Shown here piece by piece: positions 45,150 to 55,189 of a stretch of DNA of 55,189 bases. The notes beneath the pieces are model-generated. The model had not been told where the DNA came from, made no database searches, and saw nothing but the letters and a program-made list of their open reading frames with translations. The translations under genes and the position numbers were made by a program. Every line of letters starts with the position of its first letter. The stretch's first letter is position 1. The stretch is from Candidatus Rokubacteria bacterium 13_2_20CM_69_15_1 (lineage in GTDB: Bacteria; Methylomirabilota; Methylomirabilia; Rokubacteriales; CSP1-6). The stretch covers positions 8,447 to 63,635 of the forward strand of contig MNCR01000094.1 of assembly GCA_001914535.1 (NCBI GenBank), written 5' to 3'.

Positions 45150-48100
45150 TCGTCGCCCCGACGAGCTCGCCGAACGTCGGCTCGCGCCCCTCGGCCCGCG
45201 CGCGCGCCTCCGCGAGGAGGATGCGCCGGTAGTCCTTCGGCATCACCTTGACGAACCTCGGCTGCACCCCGACCCAGCCGTCGAGGATGCGCGTGGCGTA
45301 GGTCGAGCCGGTGACGGCGATGTGACGCCGGATCAGGTCGCGCACCAGCTCGATGTCCTCGGCCCGGTCGAGCGGCTCGAGATCCACCATGCCGAGGTTC
45401 GCGCGACGCTTGAAGTGGCCGTCCACGTCGAGCACGTACGCGATGCCGCCCGACATGCCCGCGGCGAAGTTGCGGCCGGTGTGCCCGAGCACGACGACGC
45501 GCCCGCCCGTCATGTACTCGCAGCCGTGGTCGCCGATGCCCTCGACGACGGCGTGGACGCCGCTGTTCCTCACGCAGAACCGCTCGCCGGCGACGCCACG
45601 CACGTAGGCCTCGCCGCTGGTGGCGCCGTAGAGGGCGACGTTGCCGATGATGATGTTCTCCTCGGGCGCGAACGTGGAGCGGCGCGGCGGGAAGACGATC
45701 AGTTTGCCGCCCGACAGCCCCTTGCCCCAGTAGTCGTTGGCGTCACCCTCGAGGGTGAAGGTGATCCCCCGGGGCACGAAGGCGCCGAAGCTCTGGCCGG
45801 CGGAGCCCGTGAAGTGGATCCGGATCGTGTCCTCCGGCAGGCCCTCGCCGCCCCAGCGCTTGGTGATGTGATAGCCCAGCATCGTGCCCACCGCGCGGTG
45901 GACGTTGCGGATGGGCAGGGACAGCGCCACCGGCTTCTTGTGCTCGACCGCGTCCAGGCAGGCCGGAATGATCGTCGTGTGGTCCAGCGACTTCTCCAGG
46001 GCGTGATCCTGCGCCACCACGCAGTGCCGCGCCACCTCGGGCGGCATGTCCGGCTGGTAGAGGATCGTCGAGAGGTCCAGCCCCCGCGCCTTCCAGTGAT
46101 CGAGGGCGGGCTTGAAGTCGAGCTTGTCCACCCGCCCGATCATCGCGGCCATGGTCCGAAAGCCGAGGCGCGCCATGTACTCCCGAACCTCCTGGGCCAC
46201 GAAGCGAAAGAAGTTCACGACGTACTCGGGCTTGCCGCTGAAGCGCTTCCTGAGCTCGGGGTCCTGGGTGGCGACGCCCACGGGGCAGGTGTTGAGGTGG
46301 CAGACCCGCATCATGATGCAGCCCAGCACCACGAGCGGCGCCGTCGAGAAGCCGTACTCCTCGGCGCCGAGCAGCGCCGCGATCACGACGTCACGCCCGG
46401 TCTTGAGCTGACCGTCCACCTGGACGACGATCCGGTCGCGCAGCTTGTTCAGCACGAGCACCTGCTGGGTCTCGGCCAGGCCGAGCTCCCACGGGATGCC
46501 GCCGTGCTTGATCGACGTGAGCGGGGAGGCGCCCGTGCCGCCGTCGTGGCCCGAGATCAGCACGACGTCGGAGAAGGCCTTGGCGACGCCGGCCGCCACG
46601 GTGCCCACGCCGATCTCGGCCACGAGCTTCACGTGCACCCGCGCCTCGGGGTTGGCATTTTTCAGATCGTGGATGAGCTGCTTGATGTCCTCGATCGAGT
46701 AGATGTCGTGGTGCGGGGGCGGCGAGATCAGCTGCACGCCCGGCGTCGCGAAGCGGACCTTCGCGATCCACGGGTAGACCTTGGTGCCGGGGAGCTGGCC
46801 GCCCTCGCCGGGCTTGGCGCCCTGGGCCATCTTGATCTGCAGATCGGTCGCGTTGACGAGATACTCGCTCGTCACCCCGAAGCGCCCGGAGGCGACCTGC
46901 TTGACGGCGCTCCGGCGCCAATCCCCGTTGGGGTCTCGGCGGTACCGGCCCGGGTCCTCGCCGCCCTCACCGGTGTTGGACCGGCCGCCGATCCGGTTCA
47001 TCGCGATCGCGAGCGTCTCGTGGGCCTCCTGGCTGATCGAGCCGTACGACATGGCGCCGGTGGCGAAGCGCTTGAGGATCGACTCGACGGGCTCGACCTC
47101 CTCGATCGGGATCGGGGTCGTGGTCTCCGCGAGCTCCATGAGCCCGCGCAGGGTCGCCAGCCGGCGGCCCTGGTCGTCGCAGAGCCGCGTGTACTCCTTG
47201 AAGAGTGGGTAGCTGCCCGAGCGGGTCGAGTGCTGGAGGCGCGCGATCATGTCGGGATTGACCATGTGGTGCTCGCCGTCGCGCCGCCACTGGTACTCGC
47301 CCCCCCAGTCGAGGTCGGCCGCGCCCACGGGCCGCTCGGGGAAGGCGCGCGCGTGCCGGCGCTGCGCCTCCTCCGCGATCAGGTCGATGCCGATGCCCGA
47401 CACGCGAGACGCGGTCCCCGTGAAGTAACGGTCCACGAGGTCGCGGTTCAGGCCGACGGCCTCGAAGATCTGGGCGCCGCAGTAGCTCTGCAGCGTCGAG
47501 ATCCCCATCTTCGCCATGACCTTCAGGATCCCCTTGTTGAGCGCCTTGATGTAATTCGTCACGGCCTTCCGGTGATCGATCCCGGTGAGGATCCCCTGGC
47601 GGATCATGTCGTCCAGGCTCTCGAAGGCCACCCACGGGTTCACGGCGCCCGCGCCATACCCGATGAGCAGGCACATGTGGTGGACCTCGCGCGCGTCGCC
47701 CGTCTCCACGACGAGCCCGCAGCGGGTCCGCTCGCCGCGCCGCACGAGGTGGTGGTGCACCGCGGCGGTGGCCAGGAGGCTCGGAATCGCGGCCCGCTCG
47801 CGGCTCTGTCCCCGATCGGACAAGATGATGACGTTGTCCCCGTCGGCGATCGCCCGGCTTGCTCGCTGCTGCAGGGCCTCAAGCGCCCGCTCGAGGCCGG
47901 CGGCGCTCTCGGCGACCGGCCAGAGCATCGGGAGCGTGACCGACTTGAAGCCACGCCCGGCGACGTGCGTGAGCTTGGCGAGCTCCGCGTTCGAGAGCAC
48001 CGGGTCCGGCAGAACGATTTGCCGACAGGACGCGGGCTCCGGGCTGAGGAGGTTCAGCTCCGGCCCGACCGTCGACTCCATGGCGGTGACCAGCTCCTCC

Positions 48101-49728
48101 CGGATCTGGTCGAGCGGCGGGTTCGTCACCTGGGCGAAGAGCTGCTTGAAATAGTCGTAGAGCGGCCGGGGGCGGTCCGACAGGACCGCCAGCGCCGTGT
48201 CGGTCCCCATCGAGCCCACCGGCTCCTCGCCGTTCTTCGCCATCGGCAACAAGAGAATGCGGAGGTCCTCGTGCGTGTAGCCGAACGCGATCTGACGCTG
48301 GAGCACGGTGTCGTGGTCGGCCGCGGGAACCGGCTGGTCCGGCAGGTCCGCGAGGCTCACCGCGTGCTCGCGGAGCCAGTCGGCGTACGGGTGCTCGGCA
48401 GCGAGCTGCGCCTTGATCTCCTCGTCGTCGATGATCCGCCCCTTCCCCGTGTCCACGAGGAAGATGCGCCCGGGGTGCAGCCGCTCCTTCATGAGCACGT
48501 TCGAAGGCGGCACGTCGAGCACGCCGACCTCGGAGGCCATGATCACCATGTCGTCCTTGGTGACGTAGTACCGGGAAGGGCGCAGGCCGTTCCGGTCCAG
48601 CACGGCGCCGATCACGGTGCCGTCGGTGAAGGCGATCGACGCCGGCCCGTCCCACGGCTCCATCAGCGAGGCGTGGTACTCGTAGAACGCCCGCCGCTCG
48701 GGGCTCATCGACTCGTGGTTCTGCCACGGCTCCGGGATCATCATGAGGATCGCGTGTGGCAGCGACCGGCCGTTCATGACGAGGAACTCGAGCACGTTGT
48801 CGAACGTGGCCGAGTCCGACAGCCCCTCGCGCGTCACGGGCAGGACCTTCTTGAGGTCGTCGCCGAGGACCCCTGAGCGGCAGAGCGCTTCGCGGGCGCG
48901 CATCCAGTTGATGTTGCCGCGGAGCGTGTTGATCTCGCCGTTGTGGGCGATGTAGCGGTACGGGTGGGCGAGCGGCCAGGACGGAAACGTGTTGGTGCTG
49001 AACCGCTGGTGCACGAGCGCCAGCGCGGACTCGACGTCGGGGTCGGCGAGGTCCGGATACATCGTCTCGATCTGGTCCGCGCTGAGCATCCCCTTGTAGA
49101 TGAGCGTGTTCGAGCTCAGGCTCGGGATGTAGGCGAACGTGTTCTCCGGGATGTCGAGCGCCACCACGGCCTTCTCGAAGAGCTTGCGGATCACGTAGAG
49201 CTTGCGCTCGAAGGCGGCGTGGTCGCGGACCCCCGCGCCGCGACCGATGAACACCTGGGTGATGTGGGGCTTGACCGAGAGCGCCGTGGAGCCGAGCAGG
49301 TGGTCGTCCGTCGGGACGTCGCGCCACCCGCAGAGCCGCTGGCCCTCCTCCTCGACGATCGAGTGCAGGAGGGCGCGCACCTTGTCGCGCTGCTCGGGGT
49401 CGCGCGGGAGGAACATGAGGCCGCAGCCGTACGCCTTCGGTGGGGGCAGGGGGATCCCGAGGCGGTCACACTCCCGGCGGAGGAACTTGTCCGGCATCTG
49501 CAGCAGGATGCCCGCGCCGTCGCCCGTGTTTGGCTCGCAGCCGCACGCGCCCCGGTGGAGCAGGTTGATGAGGACCGCGAGCGCCTGGCGGACGATCGTG
49601 TGCGACTTCTTGCCCTTGATGTTGACGACGAAGCCGACACCGCAGGCGTCGTGCTCCTGGCGCGGGTCGTAGAGGCCCTGGGCGCGCGGCCCCGCCGGCC
49701 CGAGCGGGTGATTCGGCTGCTTCGTCAT
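45142..49728 (-). CDS. gltB: glutamate synthase large (alpha) subunit
   Basis: 1528 aa. It has the Ntn amidotransferase start (HDACGVGF), FMN and 3Fe-4S domains, and a GXGXG beta-helix C terminus. It overlaps the gltD start by 8 nt. Confidence 0.95.
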   Translation of the reverse strand: MTKQPNHPLGPAGPRAQGLYDPRQEHDACGVGFVVNIKGKKSHTIVRQALAVLINLLHRGACGCEPNTGDGAGILLQMPDKFLRRECDRLGIPLPPPKAYGCGLMFLPRDPEQRDKVRALLHSIVEEEGQRLCGWRDVPTDDHLLGSTALSVKPHITQVFIGRGAGVRDHAAFERKLYVIRKLFEKAVVALDIPENTFAYIPSLSSNTLIYKGMLSADQIETMYPDLADPDVESALALVHQRFSTNTFPSWPLAHPYRYIAHNGEINTLRGNINWMRAREALCRSGVLGDDLKKVLPVTREGLSDSATFDNVLEFLVMNGRSLPHAILMMIPEPWQNHESMSPERRAFYEYHASLMEPWDGPASIAFTDGTVIGAVLDRNGLRPSRYYVTKDDMVIMASEVGVLDVPPSNVLMKERLHPGRIFLVDTGKGRIIDDEEIKAQLAAEHPYADWLREHAVSLADLPDQPVPAADHDTVLQRQIAFGYTHEDLRILLLPMAKNGEEPVGSMGTDTALAVLSDRPRPLYDYFKQLFAQVTNPPLDQIREELVTAMESTVGPELNLLSPEPASCRQIVLPDPVLSNAELAKLTHVAGRGFKSVTLPMLWPVAESAAGLERALEALQQRASRAIADGDNVIILSDRGQSRERAAIPSLLATAAVHHHLVRRGERTRCGLVVETGDAREVHHMCLLIGYGAGAVNPWVAFESLDDMIRQGILTGIDHRKAVTNYIKALNKGILKVMAKMGISTLQSYCGAQIFEAVGLNRDLVDRYFTGTASRVSGIGIDLIAEEAQRRHARAFPERPVGAADLDWGGEYQWRRDGEHHMVNPDMIARLQHSTRSGSYPLFKEYTRLCDDQGRRLATLRGLMELAETTTPIPIEEVEPVESILKRFATGAMSYGSISQEAHETLAIAMNRIGGRSNTGEGGEDPGRYRRDPNGDWRRSAVKQVASGRFGVTSEYLVNATDLQIKMAQGAKPGEGGQLPGTKVYPWIAKVRFATPGVQLISPPPHHDIYSIEDIKQLIHDLKNANPEARVHVKLVAEIGVGTVAAGVAKAFSDVVLISGHDGGTGASPLTSIKHGGIPWELGLAETQQVLVLNKLRDRIVVQVDGQLKTGRDVVIAALLGAEEYGFSTAPLVVLGCIMMRVCHLNTCPVGVATQDPELRKRFSGKPEYVVNFFRFVAQEVREYMARLGFRTMAAMIGRVDKLDFKPALDHWKARGLDLSTILYQPDMPPEVARHCVVAQDHALEKSLDHTTIIPACLDAVEHKKPVALSLPIRNVHRAVGTMLGYHITKRWGGEGLPEDTIRIHFTGSAGQSFGAFVPRGITFTLEGDANDYWGKGLSGGKLIVFPPRRSTFAPEENIIIGNVALYGATSGEAYVRGVAGERFCVRNSGVHAVVEGIGDHGCEYMTGGRVVVLGHTGRNFAAGMSGGIAYVLDVDGHFKRRANLGMVDLEPLDRAEDIELVRDLIRRHIAVTGSTYATRILDGWVGVQPRFVKVMPKDYRRILLAEARARAEGREPTFGELVGATSG

Positions 49729-49758
49729 CCTGCACCCCCTTTTGTGAACAGTTGCACG

Positions 49759-49804
49759 ATACTAACTGCGCCGGGACTATTAGTCATCCCCAAAAAGTCG
49801 GATG
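49759..49804 (-). promoter_or_regulatory. candidate gltB promoter with an overlapping LysR-type dyad
   Basis: On the - strand: ATGACT, then 17 nt, then TAGTAT (+ strand coordinates 49787-49759). The dyad CATCC-N10-GGATG at 49785-49804 overlaps the -35. The 111 bp gap is unusually AT-rich. Confidence 0.3.
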
Positions 49805-49839
49805 GCGGGTATGAGGAATTCTTATAGTATGATCGAGCC

Positions 49840-50781
49840 GTGCACGTCGAGACCCTCCGCCTCTATTGCGACGTGGCCCGGCTCCGCTCGTTCTCCCGAG
49901 GGGCCGAGCAGAACTTCGTCTCCCAATCGGCCGCGAGCCAGGGGGTGCAGCAGCTCGAGACCGAGCTCGGGGTGACCCTGATCGACCGCACCAAGCGCCC
50001 GTTCGTCGTCACGCCCGAGGGCGAGGCCTTCTACACGGCGTGCCGCGCCATCCTCGAGTCGTGGGAGAAGGCCAAGGCGGACGTGGCGATCGTCAAGGCG
50101 CGCGTCGATGGCACGGTGAGGGTCGCCGCGATCTACTCCGTCGGGCTCCACGACGTGAGCCGGCACATGCAGCGGTTCATGTCCCTCTACCCGGCGGCGC
50201 GGGTGCAGCTCGAGTGTCTGCACCCCCACAAGGTCGTCGAGGCGGTCCTCGAGGGCGAGGCGGACGTCGGGATCATGTCCTACCCGCCGACGAACCGCGC
50301 CCTCTCGACCGTCCCGCTGCGAGCCGAGCCGATGGCGTTCGTGTGTCACCCGAACCACCGGCTGGCGCGCCGCCGGCTCGTGCGGCCGACGGACCTCAAC
50401 GGCGAGACGTTCGTCGCCTTCGACCCCGGGCTCACGATCCGCAAGGCGATCGACCGCGCGCTCCGCGCGCACAACGTCAAGGTGAACACGGTCATGGAGT
50501 TCGACAACATCGAGACGATCAAGCAGGCGATCACCATCGCGGCCGGGGTATCGATCCTGCCCCGTCATACCGTCCAGAAGGAAGCGGGGATCCGGACGCT
50601 GACCGTCGTCCCGCTGGCGATCGCCGATCTGGTGCGACCCGTGGGCATCATCCACCGGCGGCAGAAGCCCCTCACGCCCACGGTGAGCCGGTTCATCGAG
50701 CTCCTCCGCGAGGCGAACGAAGAGCCCGCCCGCGCGGGCTCCCGCGCTCTCGGGCGGGATTCTCCGCGCGAAGGGGAGTAG
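49840..50781 (+). CDS. LysR family transcriptional regulator (GltC-like by divergent position to gltBD)
   Basis: 313 aa with a GTG start. The N-terminal HTH is FSRGAEQNFVSQSAASQGVQQLE; the C-terminal domain is substrate-binding. Confidence 0.85.
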   Translation: MHVETLRLYCDVARLRSFSRGAEQNFVSQSAASQGVQQLETELGVTLIDRTKRPFVVTPEGEAFYTACRAILESWEKAKADVAIVKARVDGTVRVAAIYSVGLHDVSRHMQRFMSLYPAARVQLECLHPHKVVEAVLEGEADVGIMSYPPTNRALSTVPLRAEPMAFVCHPNHRLARRRLVRPTDLNGETFVAFDPGLTIRKAIDRALRAHNVKVNTVMEFDNIETIKQAITIAAGVSILPRHTVQKEAGIRTLTVVPLAIADLVRPVGIIHRRQKPLTPTVSRFIELLREANEEPARAGSRALGRDSPREGE

Positions 50782-50820
50782 GATTGGAGCGAGACCGCTT
50801 CGGGACAAGGGGGTAGAGCC

Positions 50821-51345
50821 ATGGGTGAGTTCGAAGACGAGTACTCCGCGGCGCTCGAAGGCGAAGTCCGCGAGACCAGGGGCGCGCTGCTGAACGACAC
50901 GATCGCCGTGCTCGGGCCCGCCGATCCGATCTGCCTGCCAGAGACCGCGACCGTCCGCGAGGCGGTCGAGACCATGCTGGCGCGACGTCAGGCGGGGGTG
51001 TTGATCACCGACGCCGGGGGACGGCTCACGGGCATCTTCACGGAACGTGACGTGCTGACGCGGGTGGTCGGCAAGAACCTCGACGCCCGCAAAACCCCGC
51101 TCGGCCAGGTGATGACGCGCAACCCAGAGGCGCTCACCGCGCGGGACCGCGTCGCCTACGCCGTCCACTCGATGAGCGTGGCCGGGTACCGGACGGTGCC
51201 GCTCGTGGACGCGGAGCGGCGGCCGATCGGCGTGGTCACCGTGAGCGACGTGATCCGGTGGCTGGCGAACCTCTTTCCAGAAACCGTCCTGAACCTCCCG
51301 CCCGGTAACACGCTCAAGCGGCCGAGCGAGATCGACGCGGGGTAG
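50821..51345 (+). CDS. CBS domain pair protein
   Basis: 174 aa with two CBS motifs: ...AGVLITDAGGRLTGIFTERDV... and ...YRTVPLVDAERRPIGVVTVSDV... Confidence 0.8.
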   Translation: MGEFEDEYSAALEGEVRETRGALLNDTIAVLGPADPICLPETATVREAVETMLARRQAGVLITDAGGRLTGIFTERDVLTRVVGKNLDARKTPLGQVMTRNPEALTARDRVAYAVHSMSVAGYRTVPLVDAERRPIGVVTVSDVIRWLANLFPETVLNLPPGNTLKRPSEIDAG

Positions 51346-51356
51346 GAGCGCAAATC

Positions 51357-51385
51357 TTGCCCGTCCGGATGGCCTCCGATAAAAT
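51357..51385 (+). promoter_or_regulatory. candidate sigma70-type promoter for korAB
   Basis: TTGCCC, then 17 nt, then TAAAAT, about 125 nt upstream of the ATG at 51509. Confidence 0.4.
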
Positions 51386-51508
51386 GACAGTTGCTCGCTC
51401 GACTCGCAGCGCGCGCACCGCAGTCGGGCGGCCTCAGCATCGATTCCCGAAGCCCGGACAACCGTGGCCGGGGTGTGTGTCTGCAGCCGCGCGAGGAGAC
51501 GAGCGTCG

Positions 51509-53370
51509 ATGAGTGAAGCCGCGGCGACCACCAAGAGCAAGTCCCTGAAAGAGCTGGATCGCGCGGTCGTCCGGTTCGCCGGCGACTCCGGCGACGGCAT
51601 GCAGCTCACCGGCGAGCAATTCACGACCGAGTCGGCGTGGGCCGGCAACGACATCGCGACCCTGCCGAACTTCCCCGCCGAGATTCGCGCCCCCGCCGGC
51701 ACGCTCTTCGGCGTCTCGAGCTTCCAGCTCCAGTTCGGGAGCCAGCGCGTCTACACGCCGGGCGACCGACTGGACTGCCTGGTGGCGATGAATCCCGCAG
51801 CGCTCAAGGTGCACCTTCGCGACCTGAAGCCCGGCGGCCTGCTCGTCGTCAACACCGCGGCCTTCGACCAGCGCAACCTCGACAAGGCGGGCTACGCGGC
51901 GAGCCCCCTCGAGGAGCCGACGCTGGCCGAGCGCTACCGGCTCCACAAGGTGGACATGACGGGGCTCACGTACGAGGCGATCAAGGACCTGCCGCTGAAC
52001 ACGAAGGAGAAGGATCGTACCAAGAACTTCTTCGCGCTCGGCCTCGTCTCGTGGATCTACACGCGGCCGATCGAGCCCACCCTCGAGTGGATCACGAAGA
52101 AATTCTCGAAGAACCCGTCCATCGCCCTCGCCAACACGCGCGTGCTGAAGGCGGGCCACGCGTACGGCGAGACCGCCGAGATCTTCGCCGAGCACTACAC
52201 GATCGAGGCGGCGGAGATGGCGCCGGGGCTCTACCGGGCGATGACCGGCAACCGAGCGCTCGCGTGGGGAATCCTGGCCGCGGCCCAGCGCTCGAAGCTC
52301 CCCGTGGTGTACGGCGCGTACCCGATCACGCCCGCGAGCGACATCCTGCACGAGCTCGCGCTGCACAAGCGGTTCCGGGTGCGCACGATCCAGGCCGAGG
52401 ACGAGATCGCCGCGATCACCGCGGCCATCGGCGCCGCGTTCGGCGGGGCCGTCGGCGTCACCGGCTCGAGCGGCCCTGGGGTCGCGCTCAAGGGCGAGGC
52501 GATCGGGCTCGCGGTCACGGCCGAGCTGCCGCTCGTGATCTTCGACATCCAGCGGGGCGGTCCGTCGACGGGGCTCCCGACGAAGACCGAGCAGGCGGAT
52601 CTGATGCAGGCGCTGTACGGTCGCAACAGCGAATCGCCCGTCGTCGTCATCGCGCCCGCCACCCCGGGGGACTGCTTCTACGTGGCCTACGAGGCGGTGC
52701 GCATCGCGACGAAGTACATGCTGCCGGTCATGGTGCTGAGCGACGGCTTCCTGGCGAACGGGTCGGAGCCATGGCTCATCCCCGACCCCGCGACGCTGCC
52801 GCCCATCGAGGTCGGCTTCCGGACGGAGAGCGCCGGGTTCTTCCCGTACCTGCGCGACCCGGCAACGCTCGCGCGCCCCTGGGTGCGTCCCGGCACGCCC
52901 GGGCTCGAGCACCGCATCGGCGGGATCGAGAAGCAGGACGTCACGGGCAACATCTCCTACGACCCGGACAACCACGACCAGATGGTCAAGACCCGTGCGG
53001 AGAAGGTGCGGCGCGTGGCCCAGGAGATCCCGCCCACGACGATCAACGGCGCGGCGACGGGTGACCTGCTCGTGGTCGGCTGGGGCGGGACGTACGGGTC
53101 GATCACGGCGGCGGTGGAGCGCGCGCAGGTGGAGGGCAAGGCGGTCGCCTCGGTCCACCTCCGCTACCTGAACCCCCTCCCGCCAGACCTCGGCCACATC
53201 CTCCGCGAGTACCGCAAGGTGCTCGTGCCCGAGATCAACAGCGGCCAGCTCGTGCGCGTGCTTCGCGCCGAGTACCTGGTGGACGCCGTCGGCTTCAACC
53301 GGGTGCGCGGCCTGCCGCTGGCGAGCGAGGAAATCCTGGACGCGATCAACCAACTCGTGGAGAGCCAGGC

Positions 53371-53374
<4 letters not shown>
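51509..53374 (+). CDS. korA: 2-oxoglutarate:ferredoxin (acceptor) oxidoreductase subunit alpha
   Basis: The ATG at 51509 has a GAGGAG RBS about 10 nt upstream. The N terminus VRFAGDSGDGMQLTG...NFPAEIRAP is typical of KorA. Confidence 0.9.
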
Positions 53375-54399
<1,025 letters not shown>

Positions 54400-54425
54400 A
54401 CCGCCGGTCTGAGCTGCGACGACAC

Positions 54426-54464
54426 CTTGCCGGCGTCCCTTCGGGAGCCGGCAAGTTCGTTTTC
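54426..54464 (+). terminator. rho-independent terminator after korB
   Basis: Perfect 9 bp stem CTTGCCGGC / GCCGGCAAG with a 12 nt loop, followed by TTCGTTTTC. Confidence 0.65.
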
Positions 54465-54479
54465 GGGTAAGGTGGTGCC

Positions 54480-55189
54480 ATGCCCCTCGCTCCCGGCGTC
54501 CTGGACGAGCTCCGGCGCGCCCTCGGCCCCGATGGCCTCGTCGTGTCGCCGGAGGGCCGCCTCGTCTACGAGTGCGACATGCACACCTTCTACAAGGGGG
54601 CGCCTGACGCCGTCGCCCTGCCCGCGTCCACCGCCGAGGTCGCGGCGATCGTGACGCTGTGCCGCCGTGAGCGCGTGCCCATCGTCCCGCGCGGCTCGGG
54701 CACGGGCCTCATCGGCGGCGCCATGGCCCCTCTGGGCGGTGTGATGATCGGGCTCAACCGGATGACCCGGATCCTCGAGATCGACCTGGCGAACCGTTCG
54801 GCGACGGTCCAGCCGGGGCTGATCAACCTCTGGCTCACGCGCGCGGTGCAGGATCGGGGCTGGTTCTTCGCGCCCGACCCCTCGAGCCAGATGGTGTCGT
54901 CGATTGGCGGCAACGTGGCGACCAACGCCGGCGGGCCGCACTGCCTCAAGTACGGGATCACGGCCAACCACGTCGTGGGCCTCGAGCTGGTCACGGGCGC
55001 GGGCGAGGTCGTGCGCCTCGGCGGGAAGGTCGCCGACCGGGCCGGCTACGACCTCACCGGCGTCGCCGTCGGCTCCGAGGGGACGTTTGGCCTCGTGACC
55101 GCGGTGACGGTGCGGTTGCTCCACACGGCCGAGGCGGTCAAGACGATCCTCGCCTCGTTCCGATCGATCGAGGAGGCGTCCGAGGCGGT
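54480..55189 (+). CDS. glcD: FAD-linked oxidase, glycolate oxidase subunit GlcD-like (3' end outside window)
   Basis: It is not in the ORF track because it runs off the window. The ATG at 54480 follows AAGGTGG. Motifs: PRGSGTGLIGGA, VQPGLIN, APDPSSQ, SIGGNVATNAGGPHCLKYG. Confidence 0.85.
   Translation, partial: MPLAPGVLDELRRALGPDGLVVSPEGRLVYECDMHTFYKGAPDAVALPASTAEVAAIVTLCRRERVPIVPRGSGTGLIGGAMAPLGGVMIGLNRMTRILEIDLANRSATVQPGLINLWLTRAVQDRGWFFAPDPSSQMVSSIGGNVATNAGGPHCLKYGITANHVVGLELVTGAGEVVRLGGKVADRAGYDLTGVAVGSEGTFGLVTAVTVRLLHTAEAVKTILASFRSIEEASEA

Noticed and set aside
45112-48876. A 1254 aa ORF on the + strand.
   Set aside because: It lies entirely antisense to gltB, whose product has unmistakable glutamate synthase motifs. 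The protein is Arg/Ala/Gly/Pro-rich low-complexity, typical of stop-poor antisense frames in high-GC DNA.

Overview
This is a 55.2 kb window from a high-GC bacterium, roughly 65-70% GC by eye (not computed). I cannot assign a taxon without a database search. Almost all genes lie on the + strand in tightly packed operons, often with overlapping stop and start codons; only gltBD is on the - strand.

Gene content, in order:
- a partial NrfD-type membrane subunit, then fdhE
- the heme trunk pathway (ccsA/hemX-like, hemA, hemC, hemD, hemB ... hemL), interrupted by a cysteine module: a Cys-free Rrf2 regulator, cysK, a CysO-like sulfur carrier and a JAMM peptidase
- a complete Alternative Complex III operon, actABCDEF
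- moeA and cpoB
- dprA-topA-xerC-hslVU
- argB-argD-argF-argG, then a ComB-like phosphatase
- pgsA-plsY-gpsA
- a GalT-like gene
- a tRNA cluster: Gly-GCC, Cys-GCA, a decayed Cys copy, and Leu-UAA
- a free-standing LAGLIDADG ORF
- lgt-rtcB-radical SAM-moaA-Cld/HemQ-like
- coaA
- a SatD-like/DUF3307-like pair
- gltBD, with a divergent LysR gene
- a CBS-domain protein, korAB, and the 5' part of glcD

No CRISPR array, transposase, prophage or recognisable defence system is visible.

The most unusual signals are non-genic:
1. A family of 62-66 bp tandem repeats sits exactly at cistron junctions inside operons. Each unit carries a conserved 17-22 codon mini-ORF whose start and stop overlap the neighbouring stop and start (ATGA/GTGA). 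This resembles mycobacterial MIRUs.
2. A second family of structured elements with two GC-rich hairpins occurs at three loci. One hairpin shows a compensatory base-pair change between copies.
3. The SatD-like (palm/GGDEF-like domain plus HTH) and DUF3307-like pair is flanked by a repeated GGGTGCAGA-N5-TCTGCACCC palindrome.
4. The LAGLIDADG ORF has only one canonical start ahead of its first motif, and that start lies inside tRNA-Leu(UAA).

All protein calls come from reading the supplied translations against remembered family motifs. No search was run.
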